In this document: positions 53,639-63,505 of the stretch, piece after piece
Layout: each line of letters begins with the position of its first letter
Position numbering within the stretch: the stretch's first letter is position 1
Assembly (NCBI GenBank): GCA_039933785.1
Contig: JBDTNL010000001.1
Location: 69,397-133,396, forward strand
From: Acidobacteriota bacterium
Lineage (GTDB): Bacteria; Acidobacteriota; Thermoanaerobaculia; Multivoradales; JAGPDF01
DNA: 64,000 nt
Reading direction: 5' to 3'
Notes under the pieces: model-generated
The model's database searches: none
What the model saw: the letters and a program-made list of their open reading frames with translations, nothing else
Told to the model about the DNA's origin: nothing
Made by a program: the position numbers and the translations under genes

Positions 53639-53992
53639 GTGACCGACGTCGCCGATCGCAAAGCGCGGATTCGCGAATACAAAGAGACCCCGCGGCCGAT
53701 GGGCGTCTTTCGGGTGCGGAACGTGCCCGAAGGGCGCTCGTTCGTGAGCGCCAGTGTCGATTTGCGGGCGATCCTCAATCGGCACTTGGCCCAGCTGCGG
53801 TTGGGTGCGCATTCGGTCCGCGAGCTGCAACAGGATTGGCAGCGGCTGGGCGCCGAGCAGTTCGCCTTTGACGCGCTGGATACGCTCGAGCCGTCGAAGG
53901 ATCCTGGGTCGGATCCCAAGGAGGACTTGAAGGCGCTCGAGGTCATGTGGCGGGAACGGTTGGCGGCGGAAGGGGAGCAGTTCTACCGCTGA
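53639..53992 (+). CDS. Small GIY-YIG-nuclease-superfamily-like protein (117 aa)
   Basis: …PMGVFRVRNVPEGRSFVSASVDLRAILNRHLAQLRLGAHSVRELQQDWQRLGAEQFAFDALDTLE follows the GIY-x10-YIG…R-x3-H…E pattern of small GIY-YIG (YhbQ-like) proteins. Confidence 0.4.
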   Translation: MTDVADRKARIREYKETPRPMGVFRVRNVPEGRSFVSASVDLRAILNRHLAQLRLGAHSVRELQQDWQRLGAEQFAFDALDTLEPSKDPGSDPKEDLKALEVMWRERLAAEGEQFYR

Positions 53993-54124
53993 AGCCTGCC
54001 GCTAAGCCTCGGCCGCGCCGTGGTCTGGTTGGAATCAGGGGCGGCCGGGACGGAGAATCGTTTTCGCGCGGATAAACTCTGTCCTTCGCTGTCCGCCGCC
54101 AATCTTCCGAGAAGGGATCCTCCA

Positions 54125-55609
54125 TTGAAGACGCTCACTGCCTGCGTCACCTGCGCAATCGTTCTGGCCGTTTTGACGGTGCCCAATGTGGATGCCAAGC
54201 CGCAACCCAAGGCGGCTGCTCCGGCGCCTGCCGTGGTACCTCTCGTTTTGGGCCCCGCGGCGGCGCAAGCGGCAATGCTGCGCGATGCGGCGTTGGTCGG
54301 GAACGCCGCCTATCAGTGGATCAGCGACATCACGACACGCGGACCGCGGCCGGCGGGGAGTGCGGCGGAGCGCGCGGCGGCCGAGTGGGCGGCGGCGCAT
54401 CTGAAGGCTTTGGGCTTCGACAGTGCGGTCATCGAGAGCTTCCCGTATCACCCGTGGGTGCGCGGCGCGCACGACTCGATCGAGGTCACGGCACCGTTTC
54501 CGCAGAAACTCGTCGGGGTCGCGCTCGGCGGCTCGGCGGCGGGGGAGATCGAGGCCGAGGCGGTGCTGTTCGATTCATGGGAGGCATTTTTGGGATCGAC
54601 CAATTCGACGGCTGACGTCACGGGCAAGATCGTCGTCGTCACGCAACCGATGCCGCGCGCCTCGGACGGCACCGGCTACGGCGCCATGTCGGGCGCCATT
54701 CGCTGGGCCGGACCGGCGGCGGCGCAGAAGCGCGGCGCGGTTGGATTCGTGCTGCGTTCGATGAGCACCGACACGCACCGCTTCGCGCACGCGGGCGGCA
54801 CGCAGTGGTCCGACGGCAAAGGAATTCCGTCGATGGCGATCTCGACGCCTGACGCCGCGCAGTTCGACCGCATCAGGGCGATGCAGACGAAAGGCGAGGC
54901 GGGTCCGATTCGCCTGAAGATGGTGTCCGGCTCAGTCTTCCCGGGTCTGGGCACTTCGGTCAACGTCGTGGCCGAGATCAAAGGCTCCGAGCATCCGGAG
55001 CAGGTCGTCGTGATCGGCGGCCACCTCGACAGCTGGGATCTGGGCACCGGTGCGATCGACGACGCGGCGGGGCATGCGATCGCCTTCGCGGCGGCGAAGA
55101 ACATCCTCGACCACGGCCTGCGCCCGAAGCGCACCATTCGCCTCATCCTCTGGGGCTCGGAAGAGATGTCGCAGCCCGACGGCTTCGCCACCGGCGGCGG
55201 CAACTACGCCAAGTCGCATGCGGCCGAGGCCGCGAACCTCGTCGTCGCGATGGAAGGCGATTTCGGTGCCGGCCGCACCTACCACGCGAGCCTCCCCGCA
55301 ATCGACGACCCAAGCTTCAACAAGACGATGGCGACCCTGCTCCAGCCCGTCGGTGTGGTGATCGATCAGGAGCCGGCAAAGGGCGGTGACTCGGACACCG
55401 GCGTGCTCTTCAACCTCGGCGTGCCGTGCCTGACGCTCAACCAGGACGGCTATGAGTACTTCGACATCCACCACACCCCCGACGACGTGCTCGAACGGAT
55501 CGACCGCCAGGATCTCAACCAGGTCGTAGCCGCATGGTCAGCCACGCTATGGATGGTCGCCGGAACCGACGTCACCTTCAAACGCACGGAAGGCAAGTCC
55601 GCGAGGTAG
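54125..55609 (+). CDS. M28-family zinc peptidase with PA (protease-associated) domain, secreted; probable TTG start
   Basis: Signal LKTLTACVTCAIVLAVLTVPNVDA. PA-domain region …VTGKIVVVTQPMP… M28 core …VVIGGHLDSWDLGTGAIDDAAGHAIAFAAAKNIL…ILWGSEEMS…. Confidence 0.7.
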   Translation: MKTLTACVTCAIVLAVLTVPNVDAKPQPKAAAPAPAVVPLVLGPAAAQAAMLRDAALVGNAAYQWISDITTRGPRPAGSAAERAAAEWAAAHLKALGFDSAVIESFPYHPWVRGAHDSIEVTAPFPQKLVGVALGGSAAGEIEAEAVLFDSWEAFLGSTNSTADVTGKIVVVTQPMPRASDGTGYGAMSGAIRWAGPAAAQKRGAVGFVLRSMSTDTHRFAHAGGTQWSDGKGIPSMAISTPDAAQFDRIRAMQTKGEAGPIRLKMVSGSVFPGLGTSVNVVAEIKGSEHPEQVVVIGGHLDSWDLGTGAIDDAAGHAIAFAAAKNILDHGLRPKRTIRLILWGSEEMSQPDGFATGGGNYAKSHAAEAANLVVAMEGDFGAGRTYHASLPAIDDPSFNKTMATLLQPVGVVIDQEPAKGGDSDTGVLFNLGVPCLTLNQDGYEYFDIHHTPDDVLERIDRQDLNQVVAAWSATLWMVAGTDVTFKRTEGKSAR

Positions 55610-55625
55610 CTGACAAGGAGAGGGG

Positions 55626-56606
55626 TCAGGGGTGAGGGCTTGCCGCAGCCGCCCGCACCGGAATCGGCACATTGCAAAGATCAATCCGCCCCGCCTTGTT
55701 CAAGAACCACCCCTCCGGCCGAGTCCTTCGCGAAGCTACCATCTCCAACCAAAGCGGCGTATCCGTCCGCAGCACCTCGAGGTTGGTCCGCTCCGCAACC
55801 GGAACATCCGCCGCGAGACGGATCGCGCGGATCGGCGTGCGCTCGCTCGCCTGCTCGTAGAAGCCCATCGCGGCGGTGCCGCGCGGCAGCGTAGACAACA
55901 GGTTCATCCCTTGCACGACCCGACCGAAGAGGGTGACGTTCCGATCGAGATGCCGCGGTGCGTGGCCGATGACTACGTAGATCTCGGCGCCGCTGCCTGA
56001 GTCCGAAGTGTCGCCGCGGCCGGCGCCGACCATCGCGTAGCAGTGGGCGAGCCACTCCCGTCCGTGCATCGCGTCCCGTGCGACCGGCAGGCCCAGGGAA
56101 TGGCCGACCTCCGGCGCGTAGATGTCGCCGTCCGGAAGCTTCGCGAACGGCAGCGCTGGATCGAGCGCCCGATCGAACTCCGCGGCGAGCGAGCGCTTCC
56201 CATCGTGCATCGGCTTCTGCTTGGCGGCGTCCTCTTCCGGATCGCCCCACTGCACGACGTAGTTTTCCTGCGCACGGACGAAGGGAATGCCGTCGAAGTA
56301 GTGCTCGCGCACCAGAGTGCGCACGTTGGCGACGTGGTTCGGCGCGAAGACCGGCGCCATTTCGATCACCACGCGACCGGTCGAGAGCTCGACATAGAGC
56401 GTGTTCTCGGGGTCGAGCGGGCGCCAGTCGGTGGGCGCGGAGGCGGCGAGAATTTCGGACATGGCGCGGGCCGCGGGCTTTGCGGGTGCGGCCGGCGCAG
56501 ACGCTGTGGGGGCAGGCGTCGAACTGACCGCGTGGCCCGCGCAGGCCGTCGAGGCCACGGCGAGAGCGAGAAGCAGGGCGGTCGATATCAGGCGAGGACT
56601 CGTCAT
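55626..56606 (-). CDS. Secreted cyclophilin-type peptidyl-prolyl isomerase (divergent, long form, 326 aa)
   Basis: Signal MTSPRLISTALLLALAVASTACA. …VIEMAPVFAPNHVANVRTLVREHYFDGIPFVRAQENYVVQWGDP… …CYAMVGAGRGDTSDSGSGAEIYVVIGHAPRHLDRNVTLFGRVVQG. Confidence 0.6.
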   Translation of the reverse strand: MTSPRLISTALLLALAVASTACAGHAVSSTPAPTASAPAAPAKPAARAMSEILAASAPTDWRPLDPENTLYVELSTGRVVIEMAPVFAPNHVANVRTLVREHYFDGIPFVRAQENYVVQWGDPEEDAAKQKPMHDGKRSLAAEFDRALDPALPFAKLPDGDIYAPEVGHSLGLPVARDAMHGREWLAHCYAMVGAGRGDTSDSGSGAEIYVVIGHAPRHLDRNVTLFGRVVQGMNLLSTLPRGTAAMGFYEQASERTPIRAIRLAADVPVAERTNLEVLRTDTPLWLEMVASRRTRPEGWFLNKAGRIDLCNVPIPVRAAAASPHP

Positions 56607-56707
56607 CGTGGACCTCCGGAGGGCGGCGAATTGGGAGTGAGTGTACTAGCTCCAATTCTGCGGACGACTGGAGGGCGCCCCGAAGCCAGGTGCTCCGTCG
56701 CCGGCAT

Positions 56708-57892
56708 TCACGATGCCCCGCTCCTCGTCGCCCCGAAAGCGAAGCCGATGTGCACTGAGAGGAACGGCTTGATCTGATAGGTCGAACGACCCTCGAGGCG
56801 GATATCGCCTTCGTCGATCACGTCCCCTTTGGCAATACCAGGGAAGGTCTTCACTTGGCCGGTCGCGCAGCCGCCCATGAACGAGATGACCGCGTGCCTG
56901 CCGAGCGAACGCAAGCGCAGGCCTCCTCCTAGGTAGTAGGTTGGGCTCTGATCGCCCCGATCGGTATAGCCAAACATTAGGCCCAGAGATGGATAGTTGG
57001 CCGGATAGACGTTGAAGGAGATACCGGTAGCGGTTTGCAGACTCTGTTTGTCGCGCCGAACGATCGTGAAGTGGTCCTTGGCGCCGGCCGCGGTATCGGC
57101 GGGTTGCTCGGCCTTTTGCTGCACGAGGGTTTCGTCGCCCAGGTACGAGAAGGCGTAGAAAGCTCCCGCGCCAACCTCCCAACGCGGATAGTCGATCTTG
57201 ACGCGGGCGCTCTTCAGTGCCTGGTTGCAGGCCGTCTTGGCCTCATTGAGGCCGTAGGCGGTTACGATGACGCTGCGCATGGAGGAGTGGAGAAGCACGG
57301 ACATGCCGTCGCGCGGTGGCCAAGGAGCGTAGGGCGCCGCTCGAGGATCGCACCGCTCGGTCATGCTCTGTGGCTTCTCGGTCATGCTCTGTGGCCTCAA
57401 ACGAGCATGAGCAGAGGTGGAGTTGCCTTTCACTCCGCCGAAGGACGGGAACAACATTGTTTTCAGGTGCAGGGAGACATCGACAGTCTCTCCGAACGGA
57501 CGTGCGAGGCAGTCGAAGCCCAGGTCCGCGTTCTTCCCAAGAAAACTCTCATTCGCCGTGACGGTCACCAGGCACGCCTCCGCGGGAACCCTCGACAGCG
57601 CCACGAGGGACTTGGTATCGCCGTTGACCGAGATGTTCGCGGGGTTGCAGAGTCCAGTTTCGAAAGAGCACTCCGTGTGGTTTTGGGGATCGGCGAGGTC
57701 GCCCTTCAAAAGGTCTGAGCCGGCAACTGTCGACTCAAGAGCCGCTACCTCCTTCTGCAGGGCCTTGATTTGGGTGATCGCTCCCGAGTCGGCTGGCTGC
57801 TCAGCCGGGGCCGGGTCTTCGGCCATGACCGCGGCAGCGAATGCGGCAAGGACGAGAAGGATCGTGGACAACAGGTGGACTTTGATCTTCAT
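56708..57892 (-). CDS. Secreted hypothetical protein (394 aa), possibly outer-membrane-associated; contains an in-frame 21-bp tandem duplication
   Basis: GGGAGG RBS. Signal MKIKVHLLSTILLVLAAFAAAVMA. N-terminal coiled coil, Cys-containing middle, C-terminal beta-rich region ending …HIGFAFGATRSGAS. Confidence 0.5.
   Translation of the reverse strand: MKIKVHLLSTILLVLAAFAAAVMAEDPAPAEQPADSGAITQIKALQKEVAALESTVAGSDLLKGDLADPQNHTECSFETGLCNPANISVNGDTKSLVALSRVPAEACLVTVTANESFLGKNADLGFDCLARPFGETVDVSLHLKTMLFPSFGGVKGNSTSAHARLRPQSMTEKPQSMTERCDPRAAPYAPWPPRDGMSVLLHSSMRSVIVTAYGLNEAKTACNQALKSARVKIDYPRWEVGAGAFYAFSYLGDETLVQQKAEQPADTAAGAKDHFTIVRRDKQSLQTATGISFNVYPANYPSLGLMFGYTDRGDQSPTYYLGGGLRLRSLGRHAVISFMGGCATGQVKTFPGIAKGDVIDEGDIRLEGRSTYQIKPFLSVHIGFAFGATRSGAS
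57356..57397. repeat. 21-bp tandem direct repeat x2 (ctcggtcatgctctgtggctt / ctcggtcatgctctgtggcct) within the CDS at 56708..57892
   Basis: Read directly from the sequence. Encodes duplicated heptapeptide …PQSMTEK PQSMTER… on the minus strand. Confidence 0.8.
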
Positions 57893-58044
57893 GTGTGCCT
57901 CCCGGGCTTGGCAATGGGTGCATACCGCACCCGTTCCTTTCCTTGTTCTAGATGATGCTGCCCGGGCGACGAGATGTCTGACACTTTTCTCGGACGTTCC
58001 TTCAGAGATACGCTCCCCCCACCCTGCACCAAGGAGATCTGCGT

Positions 58045-59730
58045 ATGAAGCTCAAGCCACCGTTGCGGAGTCTGCTCATCGCGTTCGTTGCTGTGGCCCT
58101 GGCGCTCGCGGCGCCTCGCGAAAGCGCCGCGGTCCCCCCAGCCTCTGGCCCCGCGGTCGAGGCCCTGTTCAAGGACTGGCGAGTCTTCGAGGCGCCCCCT
58201 GACTTCGATGGCGCCCCAGACTACCGAGCCGCAACCTTCGAAACCCGGCGTGCCGGGTTCGCCAAGCTCCGGGCCCGATTGGCGGAGCTCGAGGCGAAGG
58301 CCACCTCGACCGACGAGCAGATCGACCTCACCCTCATCCACGCCGAGATGAACGCCTACGATTTCAACCTTCGCGTCCTCCAGCCTTGGGCGCGCGACCC
58401 CGCGTTCTACTCGAGTATCCGTTCTGAGCAGAGCGACACGCCCGCGCACGAGGGGCCGGTTCCGTATGGAGTGGTCGATCTCTGGGCGTACCCCTTCCCG
58501 TTGTCGGTCATCGACAAAGCGTTGTTGGCGGGCCAGTTGCGGCCGATTCCGGCGTTTCTGATGCAAGCGCGACAGAACCTCACCGGCAATGCGCGCGATC
58601 TCTGGGTGACCGGAACGGGCTCGATGCGCGGGCAGCTGGCGGATCTGACGGAGCTGGCGACGAAGCTTTCGAGCGCGGGGCCGGCGTCCGATGGCAAGGT
58701 GGCAAAGGCCGGAGCGGATCTTCGCGCCGCCGTCGATGCTGCCATTCAGGCGACGACTGGGTTCATCGCCTGGCTTGATGCACAGGCGCCGTCGAAGACT
58801 GGGCCCTCGGGCATCGGCAAAGAAAACTACACCTGGTCGCAGCAGCACATCGCCCTGCTGCCGATGACCTGGGACGACGAGGTGGCGATCCTCCGCCGCG
58901 AGTTGGCGCGGGCCCATTCGTCGTTGAAGCTCGAGGAGGAGCACAATCGCGGTCTGCCCGAAATGGTCGCGATTCAGGATGAGGCCGAGTTCCAGCGCCG
59001 TGCCGATCAGGCGATCAAAAAGTTCGTCGCCTTTCTCGGCGAGCGCAACCTCTTCCCGATGCGTGACTGGATGGACGCCGAACAGCGCCAGCGCCGCGGC
59101 GGGTTCACACCCGTCGAGAAGCGGAACTTCTTCGCCATCGCGACCCACTACGAGCCGCTCACGCTCTACACCCACTCCACGCACTGGTGGGATCTGCGGC
59201 GCATGCGCGACGAGCCCAACCCGAGTCTGGTGCGGCGCGCGCCGTTGCTCTACAACGTCTGGGCCGCGCGCTCGGAGGGCATGGCCACGGGCTGGGAAGA
59301 GCTCATGCTCCACGCGGGTCTCTTCGACGACGAGCCACGAGCCAAGGAGATCGTCTGGGTGATGCTCGCCCAGCGCGCCGCGCGTGGACTGGCCTCGCTC
59401 TATCTTCAGGCCAATCAGATGGACCTCGCGCAGGCCAAAGCCTTCCAGGTCGAGTGGACTCCGCGCGGCTGGATGCGTCCCGACCTCGACCTGCTCGGCT
59501 TCGAACAGCAGCTCTACCTGCGCCAGCCGGGCTACGGCTCGAGCTACATCACCGGCAAGGTCCAGCTCGAAGACCTGATGCGCGAACGGGCCCATCAGCT
59601 CGGCAAGGACTTCACGATCAAGGGCTGGTTCGACGAGATCTACAGGACCGGCATCATTCCGGTTTCGACGATCCGCTGGCAGCTCACCGGCAAGAGCGAT
59701 GAAGTTCGGACGATTCTGGCGGGGGAGTAG
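58045..59730 (+). CDS. DUF885-like secreted protein, paralog-type of 50276..52129 but lacking the HE-x-x-GHH motif
   Basis: AAGGAG RBS. Signal MKLKPPLRSLLIAFVAVALALAAP. Same overall length and helical architecture as DUF885. The HEGVPGHH position reads …THSTHWWD…. Confidence 0.45.
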   Translation: MKLKPPLRSLLIAFVAVALALAAPRESAAVPPASGPAVEALFKDWRVFEAPPDFDGAPDYRAATFETRRAGFAKLRARLAELEAKATSTDEQIDLTLIHAEMNAYDFNLRVLQPWARDPAFYSSIRSEQSDTPAHEGPVPYGVVDLWAYPFPLSVIDKALLAGQLRPIPAFLMQARQNLTGNARDLWVTGTGSMRGQLADLTELATKLSSAGPASDGKVAKAGADLRAAVDAAIQATTGFIAWLDAQAPSKTGPSGIGKENYTWSQQHIALLPMTWDDEVAILRRELARAHSSLKLEEEHNRGLPEMVAIQDEAEFQRRADQAIKKFVAFLGERNLFPMRDWMDAEQRQRRGGFTPVEKRNFFAIATHYEPLTLYTHSTHWWDLRRMRDEPNPSLVRRAPLLYNVWAARSEGMATGWEELMLHAGLFDDEPRAKEIVWVMLAQRAARGLASLYLQANQMDLAQAKAFQVEWTPRGWMRPDLDLLGFEQQLYLRQPGYGSSYITGKVQLEDLMRERAHQLGKDFTIKGWFDEIYRTGIIPVSTIRWQLTGKSDEVRTILAGE

Positions 59731-59742
59731 GCGGCCTTGACC

Positions 59743-61269
59743 CTAGGGCTGCGGCGCATTCGTAGAACCTGACGTGGGCAGCTGAGGCGCGTCGAGCCAG
59801 CGTCTCAGCTCGGTCTTCTGCCGAGCGCTGGCGCGAGCCGATTTCGACACCGTGACCGTCACGGCTCCGGCGGAATCCTCGACCCGCATGTCCAAGCCGT
59901 AGGCCGCGAACGCTTCGTGCAAGGGAAGGAGCTCGCGGCCGGAGACGTAGCGCGCCAGAAAGTTGGCTGGCAGCGCAAACCGATCCGCCAGCAACGATGC
60001 CAGGTCTTTCGTGGTCGCGGTTTCGCGGCCCTCTCCGGCGTAGCGCGCGTGCAGGACGCGCATGACCTCGTCGAGAGTTTCGCGGCCATGGCTGCGCTGG
60101 CGAAGCATGGCGTCCAGCACGAGATCGGCCAACATGCCGCCCGAATAGACGATGTTGTAGCTGTCTTCGCCGCCATTGAGCTTCGTTGACCCGCCGCCCG
60201 CGATACTTCGTTGGCGAAGCGCATTCAGGTAGAGGGTTGCCCGATGGCCCAATTCGGCGATGAATTCATCCTCTGCCAGGAGGCCCTCCCGGACGCGCAC
60301 CAGATTCGCGTAGTAGTCCGCGGAACCCTCGCCGAGCCACTGCAATTCTCCGTCCGGATCGTTCTCGCGCCATTGCCCGTTCCAGACATGGAAGGCCTCG
60401 TGCGCGATGACGTACTCGCCCTGGGCCTTCATGTCGCCCCGATCGTGGCCGAGCAGCATCGAGATGCTGCGGCCCATCACTCCGCCGCCGGAGAACGGCG
60501 CGTCCGCGGCGATCACCAACAATCGCCCCTTCATCGCCACCCCGAACATGCTCTCGTACGCCCGAAGCGAGCTGTTTAGGGTCGTCACCAGCGGATTCTC
60601 GAGAGCGGCAATCGGGGGAGCCAGGGCGAGGCGCGCCTCGCCGCCGGCAACCTGCAGGACCTTGGTGATTTGGGTTCCGGCCATGAGGGCGGAATCGAGG
60701 AGGTCATCCGTGGTCAGGGCGATGAAGTGGCGACCGCTGAGGTCGGCGCTCGCCCACGGCGTCGAGATCGTCCAGTCCGCCGGGGCATCGAAGCGCACGT
60801 CGATGTCAGTGGCCGGAGCGCCTTCCATCAGCAGTGCCCGTCCGGTCCAAAAGACTCCGTAGGGTCGCGCGTAGGCGAGCTCGTCATAGCCCGGATCGTT
60901 GGGGAACCGATCGTGCTGCAGCAGCACGCGGTATTTCAGAGTGACGGGGCCCGAGCTCCAGCCTTCGACCCGAAAACGCCCGCCGGTGAGGTAGGTGAGC
61001 CTGAGCTCTTTGCCGTCAGCGCCGAAGGCGTGCGCAGAGTAGAGAAACGTTACCCAGCCGTTCAACAGACCCACGTCGTCGTGATTCCGAAACAGGCCGA
61101 CCACCCCGTCCTTGGGTGTCAGTGAGGCCTCAACTTCGGCAATGCGGTATTCACCGTTGTTCGCGGGATTCTTGCTGGCGACGAACTTAACCGCATAGGT
61201 GTCGCCGAACGCTCCCTGCGTGCAAACTCCAAAGAATCCGAGGAGAACGAGCGCAGCTAGATGCCGCAT
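59743..61269 (-). CDS. M61-family (glycyl aminopeptidase-like) zinc metallopeptidase, secreted
   Basis: Signal MRHLAALVLLGFFGVCTQGAFG. …GEYVIAHEAFHVWNGQW…LGEGSADYYANL… (HExxH…E). Confidence 0.65.
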   Translation of the reverse strand: MRHLAALVLLGFFGVCTQGAFGDTYAVKFVASKNPANNGEYRIAEVEASLTPKDGVVGLFRNHDDVGLLNGWVTFLYSAHAFGADGKELRLTYLTGGRFRVEGWSSGPVTLKYRVLLQHDRFPNDPGYDELAYARPYGVFWTGRALLMEGAPATDIDVRFDAPADWTISTPWASADLSGRHFIALTTDDLLDSALMAGTQITKVLQVAGGEARLALAPPIAALENPLVTTLNSSLRAYESMFGVAMKGRLLVIAADAPFSGGGVMGRSISMLLGHDRGDMKAQGEYVIAHEAFHVWNGQWRENDPDGELQWLGEGSADYYANLVRVREGLLAEDEFIAELGHRATLYLNALRQRSIAGGGSTKLNGGEDSYNIVYSGGMLADLVLDAMLRQRSHGRETLDEVMRVLHARYAGEGRETATTKDLASLLADRFALPANFLARYVSGRELLPLHEAFAAYGLDMRVEDSAGAVTVTVSKSARASARQKTELRRWLDAPQLPTSGSTNAPQP

Positions 61270-61432
61270 TCACACCGCCCTAGTGGGATCCGCAGACGGA
61301 CGATCGTCTGGGTTGCGTCCTTGATCTATACCGAGATCGGGGTGGGTGGTTACCGGATCTGAAACGGATCGGAGGGCGCGGTGAGATGTGCGCGTGGACG
61401 AGGGTCTGAAGCGCATAAGATCCGAGCTACCC

Positions 61433-61927
61433 ATGACCGACTCGAATCCCTCCCCGTCTCAATCCTGGCGCCGAATGGCGCCAGCGCTCCGCCTCCGTGT
61501 CGCCCGCGCCTTCTGGGCCTCCGAACCCGATGCGCAGGACCACGGCCACGCCGCGGTGCTCATCGCGCAGAAATTCAAGTTCCGCCCCAAGTTCGTCCTC
61601 GGCCTCGACGACGAGCACCGAGCCAAGTATCTATCCAGCATCACCGCGATGACCGATTCGGTCGCGGCCCGAGCCCTGGTCGCCTACCACCTCGCCGAGC
61701 AACGCCCGATGATGGCCGTCTTCCTGGACGCGATGGGCATCGCGCACGAGAACGGGATCATCGAGGAAGAGGACGCGAAGCCTGACGCGGAGAAGTTCGC
61801 GGCGGCGGTGGGGGCTATTGAGGGGAAGTTTCCGGCCGAGGATGTTTCGCTTTATTTGACGACGCTGGCTTGGCAGGATCCGGAGGCTTGGGGGGCGCTG
61901 GGGCGGTTGGCCGAGGCTGAGGGCTAG
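61433..61927 (+). CDS. Hypothetical protein (start uncertain, 61388 or 61433)
   Basis: MTDSNPSPSQSWRRMAPALRLRVARAFWASEPDAQDHGHAAVLIAQKFKFRPKF… Helical; no recognisable motif. Confidence 0.35.
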   Translation: MTDSNPSPSQSWRRMAPALRLRVARAFWASEPDAQDHGHAAVLIAQKFKFRPKFVLGLDDEHRAKYLSSITAMTDSVAARALVAYHLAEQRPMMAVFLDAMGIAHENGIIEEEDAKPDAEKFAAAVGAIEGKFPAEDVSLYLTTLAWQDPEAWGALGRLAEAEG

Positions 61928-61964
61928 GTATGCGCCGGCCGCGAGCAGCGTCGCGGCCAACCCG

Positions 61965-63503
61965 TCAATTCGCGCATCGCGGCTGAATTTTGCCGGTGGA
62001 CTGGCCTTTGTCCCAAACCCAACGCTCGAGGCGCGTGTTGATGGAAAAGCCTGGGCGGCTGACTGTGACAAAGGAGTAGCAGGCTGGAAGGTCGTCGAGG
62101 GTGTATTTCGTCAAAACCTCCGCCTTCGGGAGCTTGTCCGCTAGGCGCCGCGCCTCAACGTCGCTGCGTTTCACAAGGCGCTGCCATGCTCCCGTGTTGA
62201 ACACCCGCGGGCTCCAAGCTCCGCTCAGCGGCTGAAACCCATCTTCAGCCCGGTGCGTGTGGCTGTAGACGTATACCTGAAACGTTTCCCCGGCTCTGCT
62301 GAGGCCAGCGTCTCGAAGCTGCTGCGCCCGCCCTTCGAGGTAGGTCTTGAATACTCGGTCACGGGTGCGGAATACCGTCTGGTACAGGGCGCCCAGGTGT
62401 CCGCTGCACTGGACCACACCTTCTGGGCCGGGAATACCTGCTGCCGTACGTTCCTTCTGGAGCAGGTACAGTCGATCGCATAGCTCGGTGAGGTCGGCAT
62501 CGGATAGGTCAGCCATCTTGAGCGCTATCAAACCGGTATCGATAGTCGAGTCCACGCCGCCACCCGCCTCGAGAGCGCTGCGGAGAAAGCTGTCGCCCTT
62601 GTTCCGGACCGCATTGGTGTCCCATTGCACGTGGCCATCCGGCCCCAGAGCCGCGCCGAACTGGCCCCACGATTCGCCAAATAGCATGAAACGAACGAAT
62701 TCGGCGGTCGCCAGAGCAGCCCCGAACCCGCCTTCCGCCGCGAGGCCATAGCGAACGCCGGCGCCCTCCTCGTCGAGGTTGTCGATGATTGGGTAGGCCT
62801 CCTCCCAACGGTTGTAGTAGCTCTGAACGAACTGCTCACCCCAGGTCTTCACCAGATACTGCCTGTTGTCACCTGAGAATGGCATCGGCCAGGCGTTTCC
62901 GTATCCATTGACGTCACGTCCGATCTGGTGGCCATGCTCAGCAAGCACCTTGCCGTCGCCCGAGAGCCAGAACCCTCTCGATTCGATGCACGCCCGGCCT
63001 GCCGGCGCGGCAATCGCAGCGAGGGCGGCACTGCTGACGCGCGGAAACAACAAGGCAGCGTCGTGATTGCCAGGGACGATGTAGAGCCGGTTGTCACCTG
63101 CTTTTGCAAACTCCCCCAAGGCCTTCAGCTCTGTCGCGTGCTGCGCCGCTACGCGCGACAGGCGGGCGAGCGCCTCTTCTTCAGTGCAGCTTTCATCTGC
63201 CCTCCTCCCAGCCGAGCAGTCACCGCCCAACGACTGCCAGAGCTCAAAGGTGTCGCCGTTGAGCACCAGATCGGTGTGCCCACCGCCGCGCACGTTGATC
63301 GCATTCAAGAATGCGGCGAGTTCTGTCGACCAGCGAAAGTCCTCGGTCGCGAGCCAGTTTCCGGCGGCGTTCTTGCCAACTCCGAAGTGCGTGTCGCTCA
63401 TCAACACGGTCACTCGCGGGTGGGGAGTTGAAGGCTCGCATTGGCCCGTAGCGGTGCTCGCGGACCAGAGAACTGTGAGGACGATGAGAAGATTGGTTCG
63501 CAT
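61965..63503 (-). CDS. Secreted calcineurin-like metallophosphoesterase (512 aa)
   Basis: Signal MRTNLLIVLTVLWSASTATG. …VTVLMSDTHFG…DLVLNGDTFELW…YIVPGNHD… are MPP motifs (DxH, GDxx, GNH[DE]). Confidence 0.7.
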   Translation of the reverse strand: MRTNLLIVLTVLWSASTATGQCEPSTPHPRVTVLMSDTHFGVGKNAAGNWLATEDFRWSTELAAFLNAINVRGGGHTDLVLNGDTFELWQSLGGDCSAGRRADESCTEEEALARLSRVAAQHATELKALGEFAKAGDNRLYIVPGNHDAALLFPRVSSAALAAIAAPAGRACIESRGFWLSGDGKVLAEHGHQIGRDVNGYGNAWPMPFSGDNRQYLVKTWGEQFVQSYYNRWEEAYPIIDNLDEEGAGVRYGLAAEGGFGAALATAEFVRFMLFGESWGQFGAALGPDGHVQWDTNAVRNKGDSFLRSALEAGGGVDSTIDTGLIALKMADLSDADLTELCDRLYLLQKERTAAGIPGPEGVVQCSGHLGALYQTVFRTRDRVFKTYLEGRAQQLRDAGLSRAGETFQVYVYSHTHRAEDGFQPLSGAWSPRVFNTGAWQRLVKRSDVEARRLADKLPKAEVLTKYTLDDLPACYSFVTVSRPGFSINTRLERWVWDKGQSTGKIQPRCAN

Positions 63504-63505
63504 AT

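Noticed and set aside
57035-57718. 227-aa plus ORF inside the 56708..57892 minus gene
   Set aside because: Minus frame has an RBS and signal peptide. The plus product lacks features.
57889-59595. 568-aa minus ORF antisense to the second DUF885-like gene
   Set aside because: No signal or motifs. The plus strand has a strong RBS and signal peptide.
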